A stretch of DNA of 64,000 nucleotides, from the NCBI GenBank assembly GCA_964016885.1, contig OZ024740.1, forward strand, positions 146,134,001 through 146,198,000. Direction: 5' to 3'. The position numbers and the translations under genes are program-made. The notes under the pieces are model-generated. The model searched no databases and was not told where the DNA came from. It was given only the letters and a program-made list of their open reading frames with translations. This DNA comes from Eledone cirrhosa (taxonomy: Eukaryota). The first letter of the stretch is position 1. Each line of letters opens with the position of its first letter. Shown here in pieces: positions 40,423 through 53,800 of this stretch.

Positions 40423-41024
40423 CTAGCAGAATGGCCCGGTGTTGCTCGGGATTTGCTCTAGGGTTCTTATATATTTGATATATATTTATCCTTATCGAGC
40501 CTCGTGAAATAAATGTTTGTTTATATTTTGTTATTGTGTATGCAAAAATATCTGTACAGGAATATATAATTATATATATAAATATATTAAAATAACAGAT
40601 TAAAGTTTAAGCAAAGAATCACTGCTTTTACCCTTAATGGGATCTTCTGAAACTAAAAAAAAAATCAATCTGAATGCAGAAGTAAATATTTCGAAAAACG
40701 TTACTATATACACACACACACTATATACACGCACGCACGCGCGCGCAGAGCGTCATAATGTTGTAATGCAGACAGCCAGCCAGACATACAGATATTATAA
40801 GGGCACAACATTATATCTATGTATCTATCTAAAAAGAAAGACTAAGAACTATAGAGAGATTGCTAAATCGCCTAATGCGGTCCCTAGGTCATTGGAAATT
40901 CTATTTGCTCAAAACACTCACAGGACCATAAGTATTACATGTATAAAGTTTGGAAAAAGTCGGTTGGGTTGTTCTCGAGTTTTAGGGAGTCAGACAGACA
41001 CATTCTCTGTTTCAGATATATAGA
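40423..41024 (-). mobile_element. Non-autonomous Helitron (602 bp)
   Basis: On the minus strand: host A|TC 5' end (41024), subterminal hairpin CCCGA-GCAACA-CCGGG (40435-40450) and 3' CTAG|T (40423). No TSD; CpGs retained. Confidence 0.85.
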
Positions 41025-41827
41025 TTAGGACATAATCTGTTTTATGAAAATAAAAAGGCCCTTGACTGCTGATGGCATTGTAGGGGTGCTATCCTGAGAC
41101 ATGGTATGATGCCTTGGGCATTTTAAACCTGGTGGGTATAAATAAAAGAATCGACTCCAGTACTAGATAGGCACTTTATTTATTGACCTCCAAAGGATGA
41201 AAGGTCATGCTTACTTGAGCAAAGAGAGCTAGAACAAATACCAAGGCATTTAATCTGATGCTCTAGTGAATCTACCAATTGGGTGTCTTCTGTTTTGTAG
41301 AGTGAATAATTTTCTTTCATCAAACTCTAACAAAGCTGATTATAAGACCATTATTGCTCCAATTAGTCCATAAACACTCAGCAATTATCCTAAACCAAAT
41401 GCCAACCTGTACCTCCTGCCAAACCAAACCACACCCAGAGGCTCTGTCATTGGCTTCACTGAAGAGCCTGCTCTATCTTAGTTATTATAATATAGATTGG
41501 AGATCAAAATTTCAAGTGTTATTTGGCTTCTGAGATCCAGATTATTGTTGATATTTTAAGGTATTCATTTTTCAAACTATTTTTTCAAGTTCTTTGTAAT
41601 TTTGACATCATTATCTTAACTTTAAATTTTCTACCATTCTATACATATTCCATATCATATTCAATAGGCTAGATTTTTTTTTTTTATTTTATTTGGCGAG
41701 CTTCACTTTTAAATTGACAACTTAGTGACTGTACATAATTTACAATAGAATACTAAATTGATTCCAGTTATTAACTCTTAAAATCCAGTAATGATTGAGC
41801 AAGGTGGTGAATTGGCAGTCGTTAGAA

Positions 41828-42362
41828 CAGTGATTCTCAACCAGTGTGCTGCGGCACACTGGTGTGCCGCGAAATTTTGAATGGCACAAATTTCTCACTA
41901 AAGAAGTCAGCTATTTAACTGATGAAATTCGAAACACCAATAAAGTAAGTTCATAGCTGTGTTTTTCTTTATTTAGTTTGTGTCATTCTATGTGTCTATG
42001 ACTAGTCTGTGTCTACGGTTATATGCCGTCTATGACTAGTCTGTGTCTACGGTTATATGCCGTCTATGACTAGTCTGTGTCTACGGTTGTATGCCGTCTA
42101 TGACTAGTCTGTGTCTACGGTTGTATGCCGTCTATGACTAGTCTGTGTCTACGGTTGTATGCCGCCTATGACTAGTCTGTGTCTACGGTTGTATGCCGTC
42201 TATGACTAGTCTGTGTCTACGGTTATATGCCGTCTATGACTTGCCATGTTTTTATTTTGTAAAATTCAAATATTTTTCATATATTTAGCCAGGTGTGCCG
42301 CTATTTTTTTCATGTGTTCCAAGGGGTGCTGTTGGCAAAAAAAAAAAGGTTAAGAACCACTG
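41828..42362. mobile_element. hAT (Charlie/Buster-type) MITE with perfect 8-bp TSD, inserted into a SINE
   Basis: TIRs CAGTGATTCTCAACC / GGTTAAGAACCACTG and TSD CGTTAGAA (41820-41827, 42363-42370) with a central TA. The host SINE head is at 41801-41827 and resumes at 42371. Confidence 0.92.
41997..42241. repeat. 34-bp minisatellite, 7 copies plus a partial
   Basis: Unit TATGACTAGTCTGTGTCTACGGTT(A/G)TATGCCGTC. Confidence 0.97.
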
Positions 42363-45118
42363 CGTTAGAATGTCATATAGAATGCTTTACGGTATTTGTT
42401 TCGGCTCTGAGTTCTAATCCCACTGAGGTCAACTTTGCCTTTCATCCATTCGAGGTTGATTTAAAAAAAAAAAAAAAAAGTACTAATCTGGTACTAGGGT
42501 TGATTCTTCCTCTATATCTCTTTCTCACTTCCATTCTCTCATTCGATTCTTCTTTGGATTCTTCTTCGATTCTCTAGAGAAGGATGAGCTCCGCCAGGTT
42601 TCAAAATTCCCTAAAAATGTATGTATTCCCTAAATGTGTGTCAATTTGGTGCCCCGACATCTCCATCAGTAGTTATGGGACCATGCATGCAATGAGTGAG
42701 CAAAATATGAAAATATCTAAAAAGTCTAATTCAAATGTTTATAGTATCTTTATTAGTAGATAAATCGAGAAAATTTGCAATATTAGAAATTTTAATTTTT
42801 CATGTGACGTAGTCATAGTGCTGTTTTGTACTTCTCAAGAATGTCTTTCTAATGCGGTTTCATGTGATATAGGATATTAAGAGTCAAGTATCCATTCTTT
42901 TATTGTGCAAGTGTTTTTATCAGCATTTCTAGTTCAAAAAAAGAATTCTCATTCTTTGTATTGTGAGAGAAGAAATATAATTAGGATTCATTTTAATAAA
43001 AACTTTAATCTGTCAAATCTGTCATTAAATTTCATTGTTCATTTGTCTCTTCTAAAATTAAATGTAAAATAATTTTGTAATAATTATTTATTTATAGCTT
43101 CTCATATGATTGTCATCTTAGGTAAGAATTCACTAAAAAAATGACATTAAAAAGTATGAGTAAAAATGCCTTAAGTTTCAGTTTGTTGGGAGTCTATCTA
43201 TTTATTTTTGTCATTCTTATCAAAATTTAAACTTTCATTCACAAAGAAATGAGATCTTTTTTTCAGTATTTGTGGCTAATCTATTTGTAATGCCAAACCT
43301 TGTTAGTTGCATGTAGCTGTGGAACCATGCAAGTTGCCTGCTGATTATTGATTATGACTCAGCTTCAAGTTGCTCTCTTCAACAAACCTCTTGTAATTTT
43401 AACCTAGAAATGGAAATACTTGGAAAAGCTAATTTCTGATAGATTTTTCTTTCTCCACCAGAATCAATTGTTGTATTTAAAGAAATTCATATCTTGTTGG
43501 TTTTGTTATTTGATGCCATTAGATGTTGATGGTGGGAGGACTCTAATGAAGCAGTAAAATACTTAAAATTAATAGTGACTGCTTTGAATAATATGGAATC
43601 TTTGTGGATATATTTTCTTTCTGGCTCCACATATTTTTGTTGAGAAAACAGCTTACAGGAGATAGTTTTAGGTGTAGCTAGTTAGACAAGGCATTTGTCA
43701 TCCGTGGGAAGAAACTTCAGTTAATAGAACGTTGACTTTTAAGAGACAGAAAAAGCCGAAAAACAAAGGGAAAATTGTGACGAAATGTGTGAATTTGAAG
43801 ATTATTTTTCTCTAGGAAGAGTATTCTGAGAATATTGGTCTCTCTATTTGAAAAAAAATACAATTACGTACTCAAATATAATCTTCATATTTTCCCCTCA
43901 CTGTCTTGTATTTTTTCCTTTTATTATATTTTTGTATTTTCTCCAATTTCTTTTCTTTTATTTCTCTTGTCTGTCTGCCAGCCTCTGTTTTTTCCTACTC
44001 ACTCTCACTTATAATCATACTACTACACTATATAATCTCTGGTTGTATTGAAACTGTCCCCTTTAAATATTTAAGCTTCTTTAATTTTTCCCTTACTAAT
44101 TTTCGTCTTTTTCATAGTTCATTTTCCACTCAATTCTGATAAATTTTTCGTTTTCTTATTTCACTTTTATTTGAAATTTAGGTTCAAAACCTGATAATTT
44201 AATCTTTTTACTGAAACTCTTTTCAAAATATTGACATTTTAATCTTATATCATCTCTAATAACTCTCTTAAGGAACGTTTTAAAGTTTTGGTTTAGAGTA
44301 AATTTGTGTTGAGAAAATTAAGTTTGGTTCTTGAAAAATAACCTTTTCATTTTTTTATAAACTAAAATAGAATGAGGAAATTTTTTTTTTTTTTCCATTT
44401 AAGATTTGTAATTGTATGTAATTTATAAAACAAGTATAGCTAACATTTTAATTTATTTAATATATTTGATTTGCAAATAACTTATTTGCACGTTTAAAGT
44501 TTTCTATTTATTAAAAAAATCTCTCTGGTAGCTGTATTTTTTATGGTAATCTAGTGTTTCATTCTTTTTTTTTATTTTGTTTTTTTAAAGCTACCTACTG
44601 TAATCCATATTCCTTTTAACCTATTAGTCATTTGATCTTATAATTTTAATATTTCCCGTGTGACAGCTTTTTTCTTCCAAGAACTAAACAAAACCTTACA
44701 TACACTATCTCCTTAGTAAATTGTTGTTCATAGCCTCCCTCACATATAGAAACACTAGGAAACACCAACTCCACTGAATTGTTAATCATTTTGATGATTT
44801 CTTAGTCAAGATCTTCATTAATTAAACTACATATGCCATTACAAAGTAATACAGCTTTCAGAAGTGTTGGAACTAAGAATTGGATCTGAGAATGAGATAG
44901 TGAGGGCAACAATAATAGATATCTATCATGCTATTAAAACTTTTGAGGTCACTATAAAGGTTAGGCCCTACAGATTTTTTTTTTTTAATGAAAATACATT
45001 CTCAACTTAGCAAAAATTCCATCATAGAGACTGATCTTCTTCTTCAGGGCCAAAACAAACTCCAGTCCCCAACAACTATTAACTCTCTGCAAAACTCAAT
45101 GACCAGTGTGGCTGTTAC

Positions 45119-45408
45119 ATAGTTTGAGAAGCACTGGTCTAGGATATCTATCTGATGTGGCGGACTGGCATTTTCTTTTTTCAATGTGCCACGTAATATT
45201 AATTTATACTGGAAACGATATATATAATGAATATAATAATAGTTGACCATTTTTTTTTTTATCTTCTATTTATTTTGTAAACATAAAAAAAAAAATTCCT
45301 CAAATGATTTCTTAGCATGGCCTGGACACTGGCCGCGTACCGGTAGCTGATGGCTCGCGTACCAGCACTGGTCCGCGGACCACCACTTTGAGTAGCACTG
45401 TCCTAGAC
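45119..45408. mobile_element. hAT MITE whose left TIR and TSD are inverted
   Basis: The right end is TTTGAGTAGCACTG + TSD TCCTAGAC (45401-45408). The left end appears as TTTGAGAAGCACTG + GTCTAGGA, the reverse complement of TCCTAGAC-CAGTGCTTCTCAAA. Confidence 0.85.
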
Positions 45409-48400
45409 CACATTCAGTGAAAAGTTGCTTTGATTAGCATGAAGTCATTCATTAATAAACTCCAATTGTTGGCTCACAGTTTCCTCTATCTACATTTTCA
45501 ACTACTACAGTGGTCTCTTCTCCCCAAATTTGGTTGATCTTGTTCACTTAAACAGGCATTCTCAACTCATTTATCTCTCCTCCTTTCAGCACTCTTAATG
45601 TGTCCAATACTCCACTAGTTTCGCACTAATCACTATGCCTAGCCCTTCCTTTACAAAATATTGGTGCTCTGGACTTTTCTCTCTGCATATGTTTTTTTTT
45701 CTATAGCTGTTGACTTCAACTGTTCAAAAGCAATGTTAACCATGTTAATCTTATGGTCTGACAAAACAATTAAAAAAATATATATGGATAGATTTAAATG
45801 GAATTTAAAGCTTATAAGTTCAAGGTAGCATTTTTAGAAATGGGGGGGGGGTGCAATCTGGGTAGTGGGTTCAGAGCATATAGGTATGCTTCTCCAACAG
45901 CTTTTTTTTTTTTTTTTATGTTGGTGAATTTAATGAGTTTCTCTCTCTCCTGGAATTCCTTTTTGCTTTTTAAAGTGTCAGCAATTCTTCAGTATTAAGT
46001 AAATTTTTTTCCAAAGAGGAAAACTGTTTTTGTTGGTTACTTACATATCTGATATCTAGCATGTGTAGGAAGTGTGATAAGATGAACAGTTTTGTATGAG
46101 TTAGAGGCAAGAGATACTGTAGTGTTATTTTTGTAAGATGTTGTGTATATGTAGTATCTACATGAAGTTGGATGTTGTTTCAAATCCATCAGTGTTTATA
46201 TCTTCTTATAATTGGAACTTTAGGTCTGATATTTGTTGCTTTTTTTAAAGTTTTAATGATTAAAATTTCATCATTTCTTAGAAACAATGAATATTCTTCT
46301 GTTCGTTCAGAATGTTAGTGCATATTTATGTTGAAACATGAATGTTGAAGAGTTTTGTCAAAGTAGTAGTATTGTGATAACAAACAATCAGATAGAATCT
46401 CTAGTTGCTAATGAATTGTTATGGTGACTGTTAAGTGAGTTTCATAAGTAATTTGGTCATAAAGGCACCACTGAAGACTTTGCAGACAAGTTATCTTGTG
46501 GAGCCCATTTATTGCCAAGATATATCCATAGGAGGGAGTTTAACTCAGTATTATGATTTTTAGTATTGTCACTGTTTACAAGGTTAAAGTGATCCTACCT
46601 TGTGTCATGTATTTAGTTAGGTTGATTGCAGCCATTTGAAAGATGTTTTTGACAAATACATAAACCAGTGCCAGTTTTTTTTTCCCCCATTTGGTTGTAG
46701 GAAAAGGAATGAGCCTGCAGGAAAGGAATTCCAGTAGGCTACATTCCTGTGAAAAATGTAGGATATTATTGAGATGAGACTGGGTTCACTAGAAGGTGGC
46801 TGCATCAGGTGCATTTGAACAGTGGTTGTTAGGCTAGTTCAGATGTACAAAAGCCATTATAAGAGCAATAGAGGAGCATCTATGGAATAGATTTTATGTT
46901 TTAGCCCCAGATCATCCCCAATTGAGTAGATCTATGATCAGACGCTCCAATCGCGATTTTATTTTTCTGATGTGCAGGGAACCCAGGAAAACATTTTCCT
47001 TTTTTAAGATGGTAGGCTGTGATTTGAGTGAGGTTTGGCTGCTATTTCTAGCAGGGATAGTGATATCCAAACACTCTTAATTTAACTATTTCTTGTATCT
47101 GAACATATTTTCTACATTTAATAACAGGATGGTTAACTATCCTTCATGTTAGTATCTTCCTATTTATAACTTCACATTACGTTGGTTTAATTGACAGGAT
47201 CTGTTTATCATGTTAATTTGTGAAAAATATGAAATACATTGTAAATAGAAATGTAGTTGCTGAAAGTTTTTTTTTGTTTTTTTTTGCATATGCTAATTAA
47301 CTTCAAGCCTCATCAGCATATAACATGTAATCTTTAAAATATGATGTAATATGTTTAGTTGCAAATTAATGATTATGGGTAGAGTATGAGAATGCATTCA
47401 CATCTCCTTCCAGCCTGTCTGGAAAGTCAGTGGCTGTGGTTGGCTATTGATTTCATCTATGATAAACTGTCCAACTTTACTAGCAAGGAAAACAGACGTT
47501 AAATGATGAAGTTGAGAAAAAAATGTGACACTTACATAATTGCTTTAAAGTTTGTATGCAGTATCTATGTGGTTGTCAGTGACTCATAGAGAATATTATT
47601 TCGTCAATAATACATTCATGAAATGATAATGTTAATAAGCTATCTTTTTTCTTGGTTGTTAATATTTTAAATACAGCAGCAAATGGCAAGAGATAAAATC
47701 ATAATTAATAAATTAATACGCTTAAATAAACAGCAGGTCAAAATTTTAGTTTCCCACTTCCTGTAAAAGCCATTAAATGGAAATATAGTTGGTATTTTGG
47801 AAAAAGAACCCAAACACTTAAATCATTATATATAAAAAATTAAATCATCATAGGTCATCAGATTGATAGATGGTGTATATTATGCAAGCTAATTTATTTA
47901 AAGATTCGAGTCTTCCTTGGAGAATGGCCATGTTGATAAATATATATCATTAGCAAATTCATTATGGCAGAAAACTAGTTAATCTAATTATTAATATACT
48001 TTTTATTTATTCATTCATCATCTCTGAATATTGCTATGTGAATAGAAATGTGATCAAGTTTTCTACTTAGCTTATATCATACTTTAGAAATGAGGCAAAC
48101 CAAATAATTTTGGTTTATAAAATAGGGTAAAGATCCCATGGGTTTTGCAGCTAGAAAGTTCCTTTCTGAGGCACAAGCCCAGGCAAGGTGTTTTTGTGGA
48201 AAGGCCAGTAGTTGTGCATGCATACCAGTCTCCCTTCTCCATGCCATTGATGTTGTCCAAAGCAAAGGCCAACAGGGCTTGGCACCAGTGACATAGCAAC
48301 TCATTTCTGCAGTTGAGTGAATTGGAGCAACATGAAATAGTTTTGTTCAAGGAGACAATGCACCATTCACTCCAGGAATTGAAATCACAACCTCACCATT

Positions 48401-49116
48401 GTGAATCCAATGCTCTAAACACTAACCATATATGATACAGAAGGTTATTTGTCACTAATATATAGAACATCTCAATGAAAAGATTACTAAAATATATCTA
48501 ATTCAGAGATTTTCTTACCTAGAAATCCTGTTAGCATTTTAACATCTATTTTAGTAAGTAATCATATGTGGCATAGGTTTGCATCATGGCATTTGGTTAC
48601 TTCTGATTGTGTATTGTCACTGTGTTGAACATTCTCAAATCTAATTCAATTCTATTGTCTTTGATTATCCATTCTTAGAGATCATTTGGTAGTGATATTT
48701 AGGATTTACATAAAAATTAGATGTTTTTGATATTTATTGCATTTTAGGCAAGATAAGATATTTTTTTAAACAAGACGATGGTAAACCAATTAAGTTTAAA
48801 GTATCTTTAACCAGAGATTAAAAAAAAATTATTCCTCTTTGGAAAAAAAAAAGTATTTCATAACAAAACTGATTGACAAAAGATATATTTTAGGGCTTTA
48901 TATCAAGAAATATCTGGATAAAGGAATTAAGATAGTATAATATATTTGAAGTATTAGAAATTTGGTCCCTAGTAAAGCATCACATTTTCATTTTAGGTGT
49001 TTGTCATTCAATATGGAACAGTTTTTTACACATAGAAAGATATAAGATACTTCCTGTTTAAATTGATATTTGTTGAAACTTGAAATAAGTAAAATTAGAT
49101 ATATCAATACAGTCTG

Positions 49117-49628
49117 TCACGATCATATTTCCAATGAAACATACTGCCACTGTGTTAATTGTGATTTGACTCTTTCACGATCATATTTCCAATGAAACAT
49201 ACTGCCACTGTGTTAATTGTGATTTGACTCTTTCACGATCATATTTCCAATGAAACATACTGCCACTGTGTTAATTGTGATTTGACTCTTTCACGATCAT
49301 ATTTCCAATGAAACATACTGCCACTGTGTTAATTGTGATTTGACTCTTTCACGATCATATTTCCAATGAAACATACTGCCACTGTGTTAATTGTGATTTG
49401 ACTCTTTCACGATCATATTTCCAATGAAACATACTGCCACTGTGTTAATTGTGATTTGACTCTTTCACGATCATATTTCCAATGAAACATACTGCCACTG
49501 TGTTAATTGTGATTTGACTCTTTCACGATCATATTTCCAATGAAACATACTGCCACTGTGTTAATTGTGATTTGACTCTTTCACGATCATATTTCCAATG
49601 AAACATACTGCCACTGTGTTAATTGTGA
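49117..49628. repeat. 58-bp minisatellite, 8.8 identical copies
   Basis: Unit TCACGATCATATTTCCAATGAAACATACTGCCACTGTGTTAATTGTGATTTGACTCTT at 49117+58n. Confidence 0.98.
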
Positions 49629-49714
49629 AAATAATTTGATGGAATTTAGTTAAAATTTTGTCATTCATAATTTGAATTTTTAAATAAGTGTTTGTACAAA
49701 AAGTTAACATTTTT

Positions 49715-50043
49715 CTGTTCACCTTTCCATACTTGTACAAGTTGGACAAATCTTCTCCAGCATAGCTTTGCTCCACTTGTCATTCCTTTTCATCTCCTTT
49801 GTGAGACTCTGCATTCTAAGATAAGCTCTCACTATTTTTGCCCAGGTTAGTCTTCAGTTACGTTCCATGTGGTACTCCTGCCACTTTTTCACTCACGATC
49901 ATATATATGCACCAGTGCAATCTTCTCACTTGTATGCATTTGATTCCCCTTATTTCCTGTTTTTCCTTGAACTTACCTGTGCAACATCGTTCATGCGCAC
50001 TAGTATTACACATCTAGCTGAGTATGCTAGCCTCCTTTGGAGG
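49715..50043 (-). mobile_element. RTE LINE 3' fragment
   Basis: Minus-strand EASILS*MCN..KEKQEIRGIKC..RRLHW is homologous to 4348-4746. Confidence 0.65.
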
Positions 50044-50420
50044 AATCTAGTAAAATAATTTTTTCTCTATTAAGTTGGTTTACACAACTTAACAAAGTTC
50101 TTATATTAAAACCTTCCAACACAATTTTATCTATATACACTTTAAAACAGTTTTGTATCATAAAATCAGGTCTATTTCAGGTTGGTATTAAAAGGGTTAA
50201 AAAATTCTGCAGAGCTTGCACCAAGCTGATAGTTTTGCCACAGTATCAAAACAATACATAGTGAAATATCCTACAACAATTGATAGGCATTGTTGTTGTT
50301 TAGCCTAAGTTATCTCAGGTCAGCCCTAATCAAGCAAACCAATGATCAGATGTTCCAGTTGTGATCATCCCATCTTTTATTCACACAAGGTAATGAGGAT
50401 TCATTATTTTATTTCCTTTA

Positions 50421-50634
50421 TTAACCCGTTAGCATTTACATTACTTTATATTTACTATTGCATTTTCATGGTAAAGGCTTTACCTCATATTATTATCTCG
50501 CATATCGAATCGAGATTTTGATAAAGTTATTTTGTTTTAACAATACATTAATGTCGGTATGAGCGACTGGTGTGAGCAGAAAGAGGTGGAAAAGTTCTGG
50601 GTGGATATGGACGGTTTAAATGCTAAATGGTTAC
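50421..50634 (-). mobile_element. MITE family A
   Basis: TTAACCCGTTAGCATTTA ... TAAATGCTAAATGGTTAC. Confidence 0.8.
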
Positions 50635-50847
50635 TCTTTTTATACCAACCTGCTGAAAACTCTCTGGTTCTATGAAACAAAATCACCCATTTTAGAGGGT
50701 TTCTGTTTAAATTAAAACCTTCCAATATAATTTTAAATTCAAGTTACAAATAGCATCTTAATGAAATAAACTTCAGTAAATCCCTCCAAATTTTAAAATT
50801 AATTCAAATAAAGTATTTCTTTGGAAATACAGTAAAGAAAGTGTTAA
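50631..50847 (-). mobile_element. MITE family B abutting the family-A copy
   Basis: TTTTATACCAACCTG..TATGAAACAAAA..ATTAAAACCTTCC..AAAGTGTTAA is the reverse complement of family B. Confidence 0.7.
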
Positions 50848-53800
50848 GGTTGTCGGGTATGATTTGAAAATTTGGTTGCTATTTCTAACACGTTGAAAGG
50901 CCTAGTTAGGGCTCCCTCATTATCTCAAGTCACAGTTTTTTGAGGTATAGTGATTGTGTAGCTGCAATCAGTTCTGATAAAACATACCTATAGCAGATAA
51001 GGTAGGTAGTCATCCGTTAATCTATATATAGCATGTCAATGTTCGGTTGACAACAACCAACCACACTATGCATTCTGACATACACTGGTTTATTGAATAT
51101 GTAGCTTGAGCATGTTTCCTCCTCTGTCCAGTCTTTCAGTATGGCTATAGAGCAGGTGGACTTGGTTACAACAGAACAGTTATTGTTCAACACTTATCTC
51201 TTGTGTTGTTGTTTCATAAGTCAACTCTGATTTGAGCAGATCTAATCTGGACTACATTGGCTGTCATTCATATATTAAGTTAGTGTGTAGTTTGAGGGAA
51301 TTTAGCTGTTATTTCTAGCAGGTTGACATTTTGTGTACAGGCTCTTATTTTGGTTTGTCTCCAGAAGTGTATATAATGGAAGAGTGAAGTTGATTAACAT
51401 TTTACCAGACACTTGTATATTTTTTTACATATATATTTCTGCTACATAAATATTTACTATCTACTCCGTTGAATGGATTATAAATTAAATTTTGTAAGGA
51501 AATGTAATATGGGATTTAGTGTTAGTGATATCCAGTCTGCATGCAAATACTTAATTAGCTTTTAACAACCTGAACATATGAAACCACATTAGCAAGACAT
51601 ATTTGAAAAATACAAAACAGTAGTACTATGATTGTCACATTAAAATCTAGTCTTTACTACAGATTTAACAGATTAGGCAAAAGATACAGGAAAATAATTG
51701 AAAGTGAAGTTAAAATTATTTTTGCTATACATTTGATGTTGTAAAGTAGAATTGAATATTAGGTCTTTTTATTTCTTGTCTGTATTATTTTACCTCAATA
51801 ACGTATTGCAAATTATTTTGTGTGTTCTCAATTGCATCATCATATCTTTAAAATGAAAGGGTTCACTATCCATGTTCATAGTATAGGTCTTATATTTACC
51901 ACATGAAGAAATTTATAAAGCATTTATAAAGTGACATAAGGCTTTTTTTTTTTTTTTTTTTTTTTTTTATAAATCAAAGCAAAAAAAATGACTTAATTAT
52001 TCCTGTAGTAGTATAATAGCCTACTCATCATTTTTACAGTGCTTATTTTATTTTTTGATCTTATAGTGTACGAACAATACTGTTGCTGGTTACAGATTTA
52101 CAATGGACCAATCACTGATTCATTGTATGTGGTGATGAGTCACAAACGATTTTCATTTGAAAGTACTTGTTTACTGGCTTTTTCAATGTTTACATCTTTT
52201 CATCACTCTCACATGAGAGATGGGCTTTTCCATAGTTTCCATTAACTAAATTCCATTCACAATGCATCGAGTAACACAGATAACGTACTGCACAGTGGGA
52301 TCACTCTGAGCCATGTGGTTGTGAAGTGAACTATATAGCCTATGCCTTGTCCTGATTGTTTTACTCTTTTTTTTTTCTCTCTCTATTACTATCAATATTA
52401 AGTCAAGAATACTTTGCTGTATTCCTGTGTTCTGATTTCAAATCCTGCCAAGGTCAATTTTGCCTTTCATCCTTCTGAGGTTGGTAAAAAAAAAAAAAAA
52501 AAGTGCCAGTCTAGTTTGTACTGAGGTTCATTCTTCCTATGTATCTCTCTCCTCCTCAGGCCTGGAGGAGGGGTTGGGGGTTAAATCAAATTCTATTCAA
52601 CTAAAATAGGCATTCTTTTTTTGCCAAACTAATACAATTTTCTTTATCCTATACTATTTCTAATAAATTCTATTCTTTATTTCTCTTTATAACACAGACC
52701 AATTATGTTTATGATTTTATCCTAATATTCTGTAATCTTTAATCAATATATCTAAAAGTATTCAAACCATTTAATAGCTTGTATGCAACATATATTCTGA
52801 TCTAAGAGTTTTGGTATTTTGTTGTTACATGATTCTTTTGAATATATTACAACATTATGGTATTTGCTATTTATTAAATGAACAAAGTAACCAATGCATT
52901 TAATCACAATTCCTTAATGACTGAACATATATGTAGCTTGTAATGGGCATTAGAATTAGTCAGCCAGTGGAAAAAATGTTTTGTAAACTTGGAAGTAATT
53001 TGTATTTTTGTGAGATATCGTATAGTTTTATTTTATTTATTTTTTTATTTATTTATTACAACGCCAATATTCCTATTGACTAATTTGCCCCACATACTTA
53101 ATCATTTGATTGTGTTACTGAATGCTGCAAGGTTTGGTAAGTCGCATGCAGTTTTTTTTTTTTTTTTTTGCACCAATTCAAGAGAAATTACTTTTTAGTT
53201 AGGAACCCCAAAAAACGAAATGAATCTTCAAATATATACAGTATATAATTCATATAAATGGCTTGAATAATTATAAATTCATTTTGAAGGTTAAATTTCA
53301 TAGGGGTATGAAATTACAATGATAATTGCTTTTTAATTCCAACAGTATTCATACTTATTTCATGGAAACATTTGTTGATGCTATTAGGATTAAGAAACTT
53401 AGTTTGGTATTTTTATCCGGAAAAAGTCTTTCTGCATCATTAAGTTCCACTTAAGGTTAAAGAACAGGAAATTGAGAACTGGGATGGGAATGATATTTTC
53501 TATTTTGCAGTTGAATGCATTAACATTAGATTAGGATAATTAAAGCAATCTTGAAGCAACTGAATATTAAAAGGGAAAAAGAAATAATGTAGAGAAATGG
53601 AGTGGCTTCTTTTGGCTCTTTGTGTTTTTTAAAACAAAACAAAAATCAATAGTTAGCTTAAATTGATTTTAAAGATCATAAATTGTTTAGATAAAATAAT
53701 TCTTGCTCTTTTTTAAGTGTTCTCCATTTTACTTTAGTTTTTAATTTAATATCTAAAAAAAAATGTAAACAAAATATCCCAAAATGTTTATTTCAATTAA

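Noticed and set aside
41997-42241. 34-bp array as a CRISPR array
   Set aside because: It has CRISPR-like length but no spacers, and lies inside a hAT MITE.
49117-49628. 58-bp array as a CRISPR array
   Set aside because: Units are contiguous and identical with no unique spacers, there are no cas genes, and the context is a eukaryotic intron.
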